Below, piece by piece: positions 30,575 through 38,839 of a stretch of 64,000 nt of DNA; the first letter of the stretch is position 1; the number at the start of each line of letters is the position of its first letter. The stretch is from positions 34,750-98,749 of the forward strand of contig JAHBUS010000006.1 in assembly GCA_019637955.1 (NCBI GenBank), read 5' to 3'. The notes under the pieces were generated by a model. It saw only the letters and a program-made list of their open reading frames with translations, was not told the origin of the DNA and did no database searches. The stretch comes from Pseudobdellovibrionaceae bacterium. Its GTDB lineage: Bacteria > Bdellovibrionota > Bdellovibrionia > Bdellovibrionales > Bdellovibrionaceae. The position numbers and the translations under genes were made by a program.

Positions 30575-31468
30575 TCAGTAGTGAACCTGGCGGCACAGGC
30601 GCCGCTGATCATGAAAGAAGACGTCGCGAATCCCGTCTCCGGGAGCGAGAAACCCATTTTTGAGCTTGGCGATCTTGACCACGAGTTCACGCAGCTCCGG
30701 CGTCGTCTGCTCGTGGCGGCGGTCATAAAACTCGATCAATTCTTTGGACGTGAAAGCCGCGAACTCCGGAAGCGCGCGCCGGCGAATTCCCGCCGACGTG
30801 CTGGCGAGCGAGGCTTCCACTTGACGAAGCACGACCTCCGCCTGAGCCGCGGTGATGAGCTGCTCTTTCAGCAGATCCAGCGCCAGCTCCGCCGAGGTGA
30901 TGTAAGCCTGCTGGCCGCTTCTCAGATCGGCGGCGGGTCCCGAGCGGTAGAGCTTGTGAATATAAGTGTGCATCACGCGCCCGGCGAATTCGGGATTCTG
31001 CTTCAAGCGCTCATAGACTTCGACGTCGTACTCACCGTTATCGCCGATCAGCACAAACCGTGCTTCGGGTTTCTCGCGCAGCAGCTTTTCGATGGTCGCC
31101 ACCTTGAAGTCCAACGTCACCGCGCTCAGCGAAGGCCGCAGCGAGAGGGGTCCCGCCGGGAAACTGGTTCCCAATAAAAATTTTTGCGGAAACCAACGGA
31201 TCATCTCCGGAGCGCCCGAAACGTAATGAAACGTGGCTCCGTTCCCGGCCAAAAAGGAGTACAAAGTCGGCATCCCCGTGAACGCCTGATGGGTCATCAG
31301 ATTGATCAAGTGTGAAAAAAACGCGCCCCGGGACTGAATCTGCGTCTTACGGATGGTGTCGTCGATATCGCTCACGACGATGGTTTCGGGGGCAGCCCCC
31401 GCTAAACGCGCGATGAGGAGAATCAGAAGAGCGACGGAAAAAATCCATTTTCTCATACGCGGGTTCAA
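30575..31468 (-). CDS. secreted HAD-like phosphatase, App1 (DUF2183)-like
   Basis: Signal peptide, then IVVSDIDDTIRKT (DxDxT) and VLIGDNGEYD motifs. Confidence 0.45.
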   Translation of the reverse strand: MNPRMRKWIFSVALLILLIARLAGAAPETIVVSDIDDTIRKTQIQSRGAFFSHLINLMTHQAFTGMPTLYSFLAGNGATFHYVSGAPEMIRWFPQKFLLGTSFPAGPLSLRPSLSAVTLDFKVATIEKLLREKPEARFVLIGDNGEYDVEVYERLKQNPEFAGRVMHTYIHKLYRSGPAADLRSGQQAYITSAELALDLLKEQLITAAQAEVVLRQVEASLASTSAGIRRRALPEFAAFTSKELIEFYDRRHEQTTPELRELVVKIAKLKNGFLAPGDGIRDVFFHDQRRLCRQVHY

Positions 31469-31532
31469 TGCAAAATCGAACCCGTTTTTCGCTTTGTAAG
31501 AAGCACCCGTCTAGATTCTAGACGGTGTCTTT

Positions 31533-32468
31533 TTAGTTGTTTTTCTTGGGCTGCGGCTGCGCCAGCTGGCCCATGGCCATCATCTGGTTGATCGAGCGGT
31601 TCATCCCGTCGGTCGAGCCGTCGAGCATGATCAAGTTGCCCTGCCCGTTCTCGGCAAAGTGCTTGATCGCATCGGTCCACATCGAGAACAGGATCACGCC
31701 CGCATCCAAGCCCGCTTCACGCGCGCTTTCGGCGGCTTTGCTCATCCCGAGCGCCACCTCTTCACGGAACAAGGCGACGCCCTGACCGCGCAACTGCGAG
31801 GCTTCTTTTTCAGCCTGCGCGGCGATGCGGATCGCGGCGCCTTCGGCCTCGGCCTCTTTGGTTTTGCGGATCAAGAGCGCCTGTCCTTCGTTCTCGGCGG
31901 CGGCTCGAAGGTTCTGCGACGCCACGACCTGGGCCATCGAACGCACGATTTCGTCATCGAAATTGATGTCGTTCATTTGCAAGTCAATCAAGTGGTAACC
32001 CCAAGATTCGAGGAGTTCATCGATATGATCTTTGACCGAAAGGACGATCTCTTTTCGCAGCATCAAGATCTCGCTCTGACGCTTGGTCGCAACGAACGAA
32101 CGCACGTTGCCCTCGACCGTGCGCGTGAGCGCCTGCATGAGCGACGAGGCATTGATGAATTTGAACGCCACGTTTTTAATGGTCTCTTCGCGCTGATCCA
32201 GAACCGCGAACAGAAGCATCGCCGTGAAGTTCACGTTCGCCTGATCGGCGGTGATCGCCTGAAACTGCATCTCGATCGACTGATTCTGAATCGAGACTTT
32301 GCGAAAGATCACTTCGATGTACGGAAGGCGAAAGTTCAGACCCGGCATCATGATGCGGCGGTATTTGCCGAACAAGGTCACCACGCCGATGTAGCCCTGA
32401 GGAATGGTGACGACGGAGCCGACCACCAGAAAGGCGACAACCGCGAGCAAGATCATTGAGATGTCCAT
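31533..32468 (-). CDS. SPFH/band-7 domain membrane protein (stomatin/HflC-like)
   Basis: N-terminal TM, SPFH core (IPQGYIGVVTLFGKY...), C-terminal Ala/Glu-rich coiled coil. Confidence 0.8.
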   Translation of the reverse strand: MDISMILLAVVAFLVVGSVVTIPQGYIGVVTLFGKYRRIMMPGLNFRLPYIEVIFRKVSIQNQSIEMQFQAITADQANVNFTAMLLFAVLDQREETIKNVAFKFINASSLMQALTRTVEGNVRSFVATKRQSEILMLRKEIVLSVKDHIDELLESWGYHLIDLQMNDINFDDEIVRSMAQVVASQNLRAAAENEGQALLIRKTKEAEAEGAAIRIAAQAEKEASQLRGQGVALFREEVALGMSKAAESAREAGLDAGVILFSMWTDAIKHFAENGQGNLIMLDGSTDGMNRSINQMMAMGQLAQPQPKKNN

Positions 32469-32587
32469 TTGGAACTCCTTCTAAATCAAAAGAAGTCCCA
32501 TCGTGTCTTGGACTAAACCCGTCATTCAACTGATTTGAATGACTTCAAGGTTCGCGCTGCGTCCAATTCAATTTTGGTGATAGGTCG

Positions 32588-32620
32588 AAATAAAAAAGGC
32601 CGATGGGATCGCCATCGGCC
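32588..32620 (-). terminator. rho-independent terminator of aconitase gene
   Basis: GGCCGATGG-gatcg-CCATCGGCC hairpin followed on the minus strand by TTTTTTATTT. Confidence 0.6.
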
Positions 32621-32644
32621 TCTTTGATCTTGCAGACAAGGTTC

Positions 32645-34906
32645 TTACAAACCGCGGATCAAGTTCAAGGCGGAACCGGCCTGGAACCACTTGAGCTGCT
32701 CGGCATTGTACGAGTGCTTGAACGCCAGCTCTTCTTTTGAACCGTCGGCGTGCTCAAGGATGCCTTTGACGTTCTTGCCGGGCGCGAGTCCCGAAAGTTC
32801 GACGAGGCTCAGTTTGTCGTCTTCGCGGATTTTATCGTAATCCTTGGGATCGTTGAACGTGAGCGCGAGCACCCCTTGTTTTTTCAAGTTGGTCTCGTGA
32901 ATACGCGCGTACGATTTGGTGATGACCGCGGTGGCGCCCAAGAAGCGCGGGCTCATCGCCGCGTGTTCACGCGACGATCCTTCACCGTAGTTTTCATCCC
33001 CGATGATGACCCAGCCTTTGCCGGCCTTTTGGTATTCGCGCGCGATCTTGCTGAACTCTTGCCCGGTGGCTCCGGTCAGCAGGTTTTTGCCTTTGCCGAT
33101 CTCACCGGTAAAGGCATTGTCCGCACCGAAGAGCATGTTGTTCGAGATGTTGTCCAAGTGACCGCGGAATTTCAGCCAGGGTCCACCGGGGCTGATATGA
33201 TCCGTGGTGCATTTGCCTTTGGCTTTCGCCAAGATCAACTGGCTCGTAAAGTCTTTGCCATCCCATTTGGTGAAAGGCGCCAACAGCTGCAAACGCTCCG
33301 ACGTCGGCGACACCGCGACCTGAGCATTGCGGCCCGCGGGAGCTTGATAGCCCTCGGTGTCCGCCACGAAACCTTTCGAGGGAAGCTCGGGAGCTTCGGG
33401 GGCTTTGAGCTTGATTTTGCCTTTGGGCGTGTCGAGCTCTTCGGCCGCGGGATTGAAATCCAAACGACCCGCCAATCCCATCGCCATCACGACCTCGGGC
33501 GAACCGATAAAGGCCAGCGTTTCGTTGTTCGCATCGTTGCGGCCGCGGAAGTTGCGGTTGAACGAAGTGACGATCGTGTTTTTCTCGCCGGGTTTAATGT
33601 CGTCGCGTTTCCACTGACCGATGCAAGGGCCGCAGGCATTGGCCAAAACGGTCGCGCCGACCGAGTTGAGCACTTGCATTTGTCCGTCGCGCTCGATGGT
33701 TTTTTGAATCTGGGTCGAACCGGGCGACACCAAGAAGGGCTGCGCCATTTTCACGCCGGCATCAAACGCCTGCTGCGCCACGAACGCCGCACGGCCCACG
33801 TCTTCGTACGACGAGTTCGTGCAAGAGCCGATCAGGGCGCTCGAGAGTTTTGTCGGCCAGCCTTTTTCTTTGGCTTCTTTCGCGATGGCCGAAATGGGGC
33901 GCGCGATATCGGGAGAGTGAGGTCCCACGAGGTGGGGCTCCAAAGCCGAGAGGTCGATTTCGTAAACTTCGTCGAAGAATTTCTTAGGATCTTTTTCGAC
34001 TTCAGGATCCGCCGTCAAAAGCGCTTTGTTTTTATCAGCCAGGTCCGCCAAAGCCGCGCGGCTCGTGGCCTTCAGATAGGTGCCCATGCGCTCGTCATAC
34101 GGAAACACCGAGCACGTCGCGCCGAGTTCGGCGCCCATATTGGTGATCGTCGCTTTACCGGTTGCCGAAATCGAGCGCGTGCCTTCGCCGAAGTACTCCA
34201 CGATCTTGTCGGTGCCACCTTTAACGGTGAGCATTCCGCAGAGTTTGAGGATCACGTCTTTCGCCGATGTCCAGCCGTGCATTTTGCCTTTGAGGTGAAC
34301 GCCGATGAGTTTGGGGTTTTTCACTTCCCAGGGAAGGCCCGCCATCACATCCGAGGCATCCGATCCGCCCACGCCCACCGCGCACATGCCAAGGCCGCCG
34401 GCATTGGGAGTGTGCGAGTCGGTTCCGATCATCAAGCCGCCCGGGAACGCATAGTTCTCGAGGATGACTTGGTGAATGATCCCGGCGCCAGGCTTCCAGA
34501 ACCCGATGTTGTAGCGAGACGACGCCGTCGCGAGGAAATCAAAAACCTCTTGATTAGTTTTGTTCGACGCCGCCATGTCTTCGGCTTTGCCTTTGTACGC
34601 TTGAATCAAGTGGTCGCAGTGAACCGTCGAGGGAACCGCGGCTTCATCTTTGCCCGCGAGCATGAATTGCAAGAGCGCCATCTGTGCGGTCGCATCTTGC
34701 ATCGCCACGCGGTCCGGGCGCAGGAGCAAGAACGATTTTCCGCGTTCGATCTCTTGATTTTGCGGATCGTCCAAGTGGCCGTAGAGGATTTTTTCGGCCA
34801 ACGTGAGCGGGCGGTTCAGACGTTTGCGGATCACCTCAAGACGTTCTGACGTTTTCTTGTAGGTTCCTTGAACCAACTCGGGTGTTGTTTCGATCTTTGA
34901 AGCCAT
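32645..34906 (-). CDS. acnA: aconitate hydratase (mitochondrial-type, about 753 aa)
   Basis: Full-length aconitase family similarity, including Fe-S cluster Cys ligands ([20 protein letters not shown]) and C-terminal swivel domain. Start refined to [12 protein letters not shown] at 34906. Confidence 0.9.
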   Translation of the reverse strand: MASKIETTPELVQGTYKKTSERLEVIRKRLNRPLTLAEKILYGHLDDPQNQEIERGKSFLLLRPDRVAMQDATAQMALLQFMLAGKDEAAVPSTVHCDHLIQAYKGKAEDMAASNKTNQEVFDFLATASSRYNIGFWKPGAGIIHQVILENYAFPGGLMIGTDSHTPNAGGLGMCAVGVGGSDASDVMAGLPWEVKNPKLIGVHLKGKMHGWTSAKDVILKLCGMLTVKGGTDKIVEYFGEGTRSISATGKATITNMGAELGATCSVFPYDERMGTYLKATSRAALADLADKNKALLTADPEVEKDPKKFFDEVYEIDLSALEPHLVGPHSPDIARPISAIAKEAKEKGWPTKLSSALIGSCTNSSYEDVGRAAFVAQQAFDAGVKMAQPFLVSPGSTQIQKTIERDGQMQVLNSVGATVLANACGPCIGQWKRDDIKPGEKNTIVTSFNRNFRGRNDANNETLAFIGSPEVVMAMGLAGRLDFNPAAEELDTPKGKIKLKAPEAPELPSKGFVADTEGYQAPAGRNAQVAVSPTSERLQLLAPFTKWDGKDFTSQLILAKAKGKCTTDHISPGGPWLKFRGHLDNISNNMLFGADNAFTGEIGKGKNLLTGATGQEFSKIAREYQKAGKGWVIIGDENYGEGSSREHAAMSPRFLGATAVITKSYARIHETNLKKQGVLALTFNDPKDYDKIREDDKLSLVELSGLAPGKNVKGILEHADGSKEELAFKHSYNAEQLKWFQAGSALNLIRGL

Positions 34907-35100
34907 GTGGGGTCTCCCTGCGGCCTGGTCTAAGGCATTGATAGGTGCTTGATTTGTCTCGCGTTTCAGCTTACGCCCGGGGCGATATTGCCGCAACGAA
35001 CAATGCGGGGTGTCCTCATTTGGTTTTCATTCGTTTCTTGCATGACAAAATGGGTATTCCGCATTTCATTGCACGACGGAACGGGCCTAGGATCCCCTGC

Positions 35101-35661
35101 ATGAGATCGCATCTTTTGATTATCATTTTATCTTTGTTTGGAATCGCGGCGAAAGCCCAAGTTCCTTTTGCTCCCGATCTCCGTCCCGTCACGTTTGATC
35201 TCGAGAAAATCATCATCGACGCGCAGAAGCAGTGCCCCAAACTCAACTGCCCCGAACAGGCTCTACGAGTCGTGCAAATGTCGGGCGTTGAAAACCGCAC
35301 TCTCGGCAAAGACAAGCGGGCCAAGATCAAAGCCCTGGGCGTTCAATTGGCCGAAGATCTCTGGCCCGACACGATCCTCGAGGGTCCGTTCGAGCACGCC
35401 GGCCGTTTCCGTTTGGACCTGATCGAAAAGCTCATGCTCCACGATGCTTTGATCGGCTACCGCATCACGTACTCGGACAAGGCGTGGGACCTCGACACGT
35501 GCGAATTCGATCCCGCCGATCGCAGCACGCTTGAGTCTTGCGAGACCGGCCGTATTTTCGAGTCGGCCTTTGTCGATAAAGACGCCACTCAAGTCTTCCG
35601 CGACTTCGAAGGCATGGCCGACTACGTCGCCGACGAGAACGTCAAAAATCACCGCCATTAA
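35101..35661 (+). CDS. hypothetical secreted protein
   Basis: Signal peptide MRSHLLIIILSLFGIAAKA. No recognised domain. Confidence 0.45.
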   Translation: MRSHLLIIILSLFGIAAKAQVPFAPDLRPVTFDLEKIIIDAQKQCPKLNCPEQALRVVQMSGVENRTLGKDKRAKIKALGVQLAEDLWPDTILEGPFEHAGRFRLDLIEKLMLHDALIGYRITYSDKAWDLDTCEFDPADRSTLESCETGRIFESAFVDKDATQVFRDFEGMADYVADENVKNHRH

Positions 35662-35770
35662 ACGCCTGGCGAGCTGAAAACTCTTCAGCCTCGCCTCAAG
35701 TCCAGTCTAAACCTGTAAAGCCTTTTTCGGCGCTCTTGTGAGGCGTGCGAATTCCTGTCATCCTGACATT

Positions 35771-37072
35771 ATGTTGAATGTTCGATTTTTCGCGGCTCCG
35801 GTGTCCCTTGCCGCTTTGATATTCTTTGGCGGCACCGCTCAGGCTGAGACGCTCGATTTGAAGGTCACCGCGAATCCCTCGCTGCGTGTTCGGACTCTGA
35901 ACGGAGAACATTTCTGTTCGCTTCGGCAGGGAACAATCGTGACTCCCATCGGCCGCGTGGATGATGGCGAGCGCGTTCGCGTTCAACTCACCAATGCTCC
36001 CAACTGCCGTCCCAACACGGGCTACGTTGATAAGAGTTACCTGCGTTCCGTGCAAACGGGTCATGACGGTTATGAGCAGTCCGAGGTCAACACCGACGGC
36101 CTGTCTTTGCGCTCGTCTCCGCGCGTGGATGAAAGCACTTACAAGTGCGCCCTCAGCCGCGCCACCAAAGTCGACATCCTCGAAGAACCCCGCGGCCAAG
36201 CCGCGACCAACTGGCTCCGGGTGAAACTCGTCAGTCCCATCAGCGGCTGCCCGAACGAAGGTTGGGTTTCGGCCAGCTACTTGCGTCCGGCGCTGGATCT
36301 CGACAGCTTGCCCGTGGTCCGCGAAGACCGCCGCGGCCGCACGGAGCAGTGCACGGACTGCGAGTTGGCTCCGGGCCGCCGGCGCGGAACCGACGCGACG
36401 GCCGATGCCGCCCGCGCGATCGAGAGCCGAGCCCGCAGCGCCGAGGCCGGCCAGAGCCCTTTCATCACCGCCCTGAACGCGATCAAAAACAACCGCGGCC
36501 GCTGTCCGCGTGGCTCCGCTTACCCCTGCAACCGCGGCTTGATCCAAATGCCGTTGGTCGGCCGCAACGCCGCCTTCTGCGGATCGAATCACTACAATCC
36601 CGATTCTCCTCCCGGATCAGACGCGTACGCGGCCCCTCACACGGCCTGCGCCCTCGGCGCGCTGGCGCAAGAGTGGAAGAAAACCGCGTGTCCCGGTGGC
36701 GGTGGCTGCCGTTTGTCGTGGGGAGACATCTCGCACAAAACGCGCCCGCGCTGGAACGGACACGTCTCGCACACCGATGGCGAATGCATCGACATCCGCC
36801 CGTTCAACGTCGGCGAGTTTTCGAACACCGGCCGCACTTGGCAATCGCGAGGCTACGACCGTCAGAAAACCCGCGACTTCATCAACATGGCCAGACGCAT
36901 GGGCGCCTCGCCGATTTTCTTCAACGACCGCCAACTCCGCAAAGAGGGCCGCTCCGGTTACGCCAGCGGCCACGAAAATCACATTCACATTTGCTTCAAA
37001 AACAACCGCACGACGCAAGCGACGTGCAACAACTTCCGCGTGGATCCTGCCGTATGCCCCGAATTGCAGTAA
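35771..37072 (+). CDS. secreted peptidoglycan hydrolase-like protein: two SH3b domains plus C-terminal LAS-family zinc metallopeptidase
   Basis: Signal peptide MLNVRFFAAPVSLAALIFFGGTAQA. Two bacterial SH3-like repeats. C-terminal HTDGECIDIRP (H-x6-D) and GHENHIH (HxH), as in the MepA/VanX/lysostaphin LAS fold. Confidence 0.6.
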   Translation: MLNVRFFAAPVSLAALIFFGGTAQAETLDLKVTANPSLRVRTLNGEHFCSLRQGTIVTPIGRVDDGERVRVQLTNAPNCRPNTGYVDKSYLRSVQTGHDGYEQSEVNTDGLSLRSSPRVDESTYKCALSRATKVDILEEPRGQAATNWLRVKLVSPISGCPNEGWVSASYLRPALDLDSLPVVREDRRGRTEQCTDCELAPGRRRGTDATADAARAIESRARSAEAGQSPFITALNAIKNNRGRCPRGSAYPCNRGLIQMPLVGRNAAFCGSNHYNPDSPPGSDAYAAPHTACALGALAQEWKKTACPGGGGCRLSWGDISHKTRPRWNGHVSHTDGECIDIRPFNVGEFSNTGRTWQSRGYDRQKTRDFINMARRMGASPIFFNDRQLRKEGRSGYASGHENHIHICFKNNRTTQATCNNFRVDPAVCPELQ

Positions 37073-37518
37073 TTCTTTCGGTTCTTTTGATGTCGTCCGC
37101 CGCGTTCTCGCAAGAGGAGGCCGAGCCCGCCCCCGGGCCCTGCCATCAGTACCTTCGCGTGTTCGCCACTTACGACGAACTCGTCAACGGCAAGCTCGTC
37201 GACAAAGTCTCGACGGCCGAACTCACCAATTGGTCACGCAACTCCACCTTCGAAGGCTTCGTCGCCACCAAAGACACCCCCGCGAACGCGGACTTGACGG
37301 TCGAATTCACCAAGAAAAAGGCGAAGAAAGCCACAAAGTCGGTCCACGGCGGCTTCAAAGACTGGAAGCTCGACGCCAACTATCGCCTCGCCGATCTCGA
37401 TATCCACAAGGTTCTGGATAAACGCCCCACCGCCGAGGGCACCTACACCGTGCACCTGCACGCCGACGGCAAAAACCTCTGCACCGAAACCAAACCCGTC
37501 GTCATCGACGCCGAATAA
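37054..37518 (+). CDS. small secreted protein of unknown function, overlapping the 3' end of the LAS peptidase gene
   Basis: ATG at 37054 with signal peptide MPRIAVILSVLLMSSAAFS. Codon usage consistent with coding. Overlaps the upstream stop by 19 nt. Confidence 0.5.
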   Translation: MPRIAVILSVLLMSSAAFSQEEAEPAPGPCHQYLRVFATYDELVNGKLVDKVSTAELTNWSRNSTFEGFVATKDTPANADLTVEFTKKKAKKATKSVHGGFKDWKLDANYRLADLDIHKVLDKRPTAEGTYTVHLHADGKNLCTETKPVVIDAE

Positions 37519-37540
37519 GGTGCCTGGCACCTTTTAGGGA
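37517..37540. repeat. palindromic repeat element AAGGTGCCTGGCACCTTTTAGGG (copy 1 of 3)
   Basis: Identical 23-mer recurs at 50231..50253 and, in flipped form, at 50291..50311. Confidence 0.6.
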
Positions 37541-37628
37541 CACGCTGTGCCACCGATTCGGTGACGCGAAGCCAGACCAAAATGTAGCAGCTACATTTTG
37601 GTCAAGATGGGTGTCATCGAAAAAAAAA

Positions 37629-37662
37629 GCGCGGAGGAGTCCGCGCTTTTCTTATTTTTGGA
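37629..37662 (-). terminator. rho-independent (bidirectional) terminator after topoisomerase VI A gene
   Basis: A9-GCGCGGA-ggag-TCCGCGC-TTTTCTTATTTTT: perfect 7-bp GC stem flanked by A-run and T-run. Confidence 0.7.
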
Positions 37663-37672
37663 GCCTGACGTC

Positions 37673-38836
37673 TTAGACGTAAGAGCCGCGTTTGATTTTC
37701 TCGAGGATGAGTTTTTCGGTTTTGATCGGATCTCGGGGATCGACCGAGAAGAACGACTGCTGCTCGCAACGGATCTTCTCTTTGATCAGCCAGCGGCAGA
37801 TGTCGGCCAGCCCCTTGTTCTTTTTATCCAAGAAGAAGGGGTCGTTTTCGAGAGCATCCTTGGCTTTTTTCAGTGCTCGCGCCTCGACGGGATCGCTTTC
37901 CTTCACCTTGTAGTGAGGCAAATCGTAGCGTTTCACGTCGTCAGGAAGAACGCCCAAGAACTTCACGTTCGGCGCCGAGAAGTCGGCGTTTCGAATCAAC
38001 GAAGCGGCCGAGCCGGCTTTGAGCGTGCGGAAGATGTTCTGCAACGTGTACGCATCGAGATCTCCGAAGAAATACATCGGCACATCGAGCTGATCTTGAA
38101 TCAGTTTGCACCAGCCACGAACGCCATTCGAAGGCACGCCCTGGGCGCCCAACAGAATGCAGTTGTTTCGGCGGGTGAAACCCATGGTTTGCAAGGTGTT
38201 CGCGGTCCCTTCCGACTCCACGATCAAAACGAAGTCGATCTTCTTTTTAACCTTCAGTTTCAACGACTGCGGCTTGTTCTTCGGCTGAAACGGCGTGGTT
38301 CCCAGGGTCGACAAATCGACCACGGCCTTGTCGCCATCGGGCAGAGTCTCGGTCACGATCAGCTGCTGCGAGTACGTTTGTCCACCACGGTCATTGGCGA
38401 AACAATTGAGCTCCTCGCGGTACACGCGGAGCATGTCACCGATGAAGTCGATGATCGAATCGCTGTCGTTCTGATCCTCGAAATCCAAAGGCTTCATGCG
38501 CTTGTCGCCTTTGATGAGACCTTTGCTGATGTAGTACAATTCACGCTTCGTGTTCACGGCACCGATATCCAGATTGCGCAGCATGATCTCAAGAACGAAC
38601 ACGACCCGAGCCAGTTTTTGCACGGACGAGACGTTGAGTTCCGTGCGAACCATTTTATCGCCGGGGGTTAAAAAGCCCACCTTGTGATCGTAGATCGAGT
38701 TGTCGAGCGAGGTTTTCACCGCCTCGAGAACGGGACGTTTGCTTTTTTCGAGATCAGACAGCATCTGCTCGGCGAGCAAACGCGCCTCTTTGGGAATATC
38801 GATATTGAGTTCGCGGACGCGGATCAATTTCGCCAT
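37673..38836 (-). CDS. top6A: DNA topoisomerase VI subunit A (Spo11/Top6A family)
   Basis: Winged-helix region with RELYYIS (catalytic Tyr context), Toprim domain with ILIVESEG (Glu) and FFGDLD (DxD). Confidence 0.8.
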   Translation of the reverse strand: MAKLIRVRELNIDIPKEARLLAEQMLSDLEKSKRPVLEAVKTSLDNSIYDHKVGFLTPGDKMVRTELNVSSVQKLARVVFVLEIMLRNLDIGAVNTKRELYYISKGLIKGDKRMKPLDFEDQNDSDSIIDFIGDMLRVYREELNCFANDRGGQTYSQQLIVTETLPDGDKAVVDLSTLGTTPFQPKNKPQSLKLKVKKKIDFVLIVESEGTANTLQTMGFTRRNNCILLGAQGVPSNGVRGWCKLIQDQLDVPMYFFGDLDAYTLQNIFRTLKAGSAASLIRNADFSAPNVKFLGVLPDDVKRYDLPHYKVKESDPVEARALKKAKDALENDPFFLDKKNKGLADICRWLIKEKIRCEQQSFFSVDPRDPIKTEKLILEKIKRGSYV

Positions 38837-38839
38837 CGC

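Noticed and set aside
31449-31480. GGGTTCAATGCAAAATCGAACCC, superficially reminiscent of a tRNA T-arm (GGTTCGAATCC)
   Set aside because: It is a simple palindrome with no acceptor stem, anticodon arm or CCA context. No cloverleaf can be drawn. Probably a small hairpin in the intergenic region between the App1-like and SPFH genes.
32750-34849. 699-aa plus-strand ORF antisense to aconitase
   Set aside because: Antisense to a clear aconitase with Fe-S ligand motifs. R/G/A-rich junk composition.
36145-37053. Upstream 300 aa of the 457-aa plus-strand ORF overlapping the LAS peptidase gene in another frame
   Set aside because: Pro/Arg-rich out-of-frame translation. Only its last 154 aa (from ATG 37054, signal peptide) look like a real gene, annotated separately.
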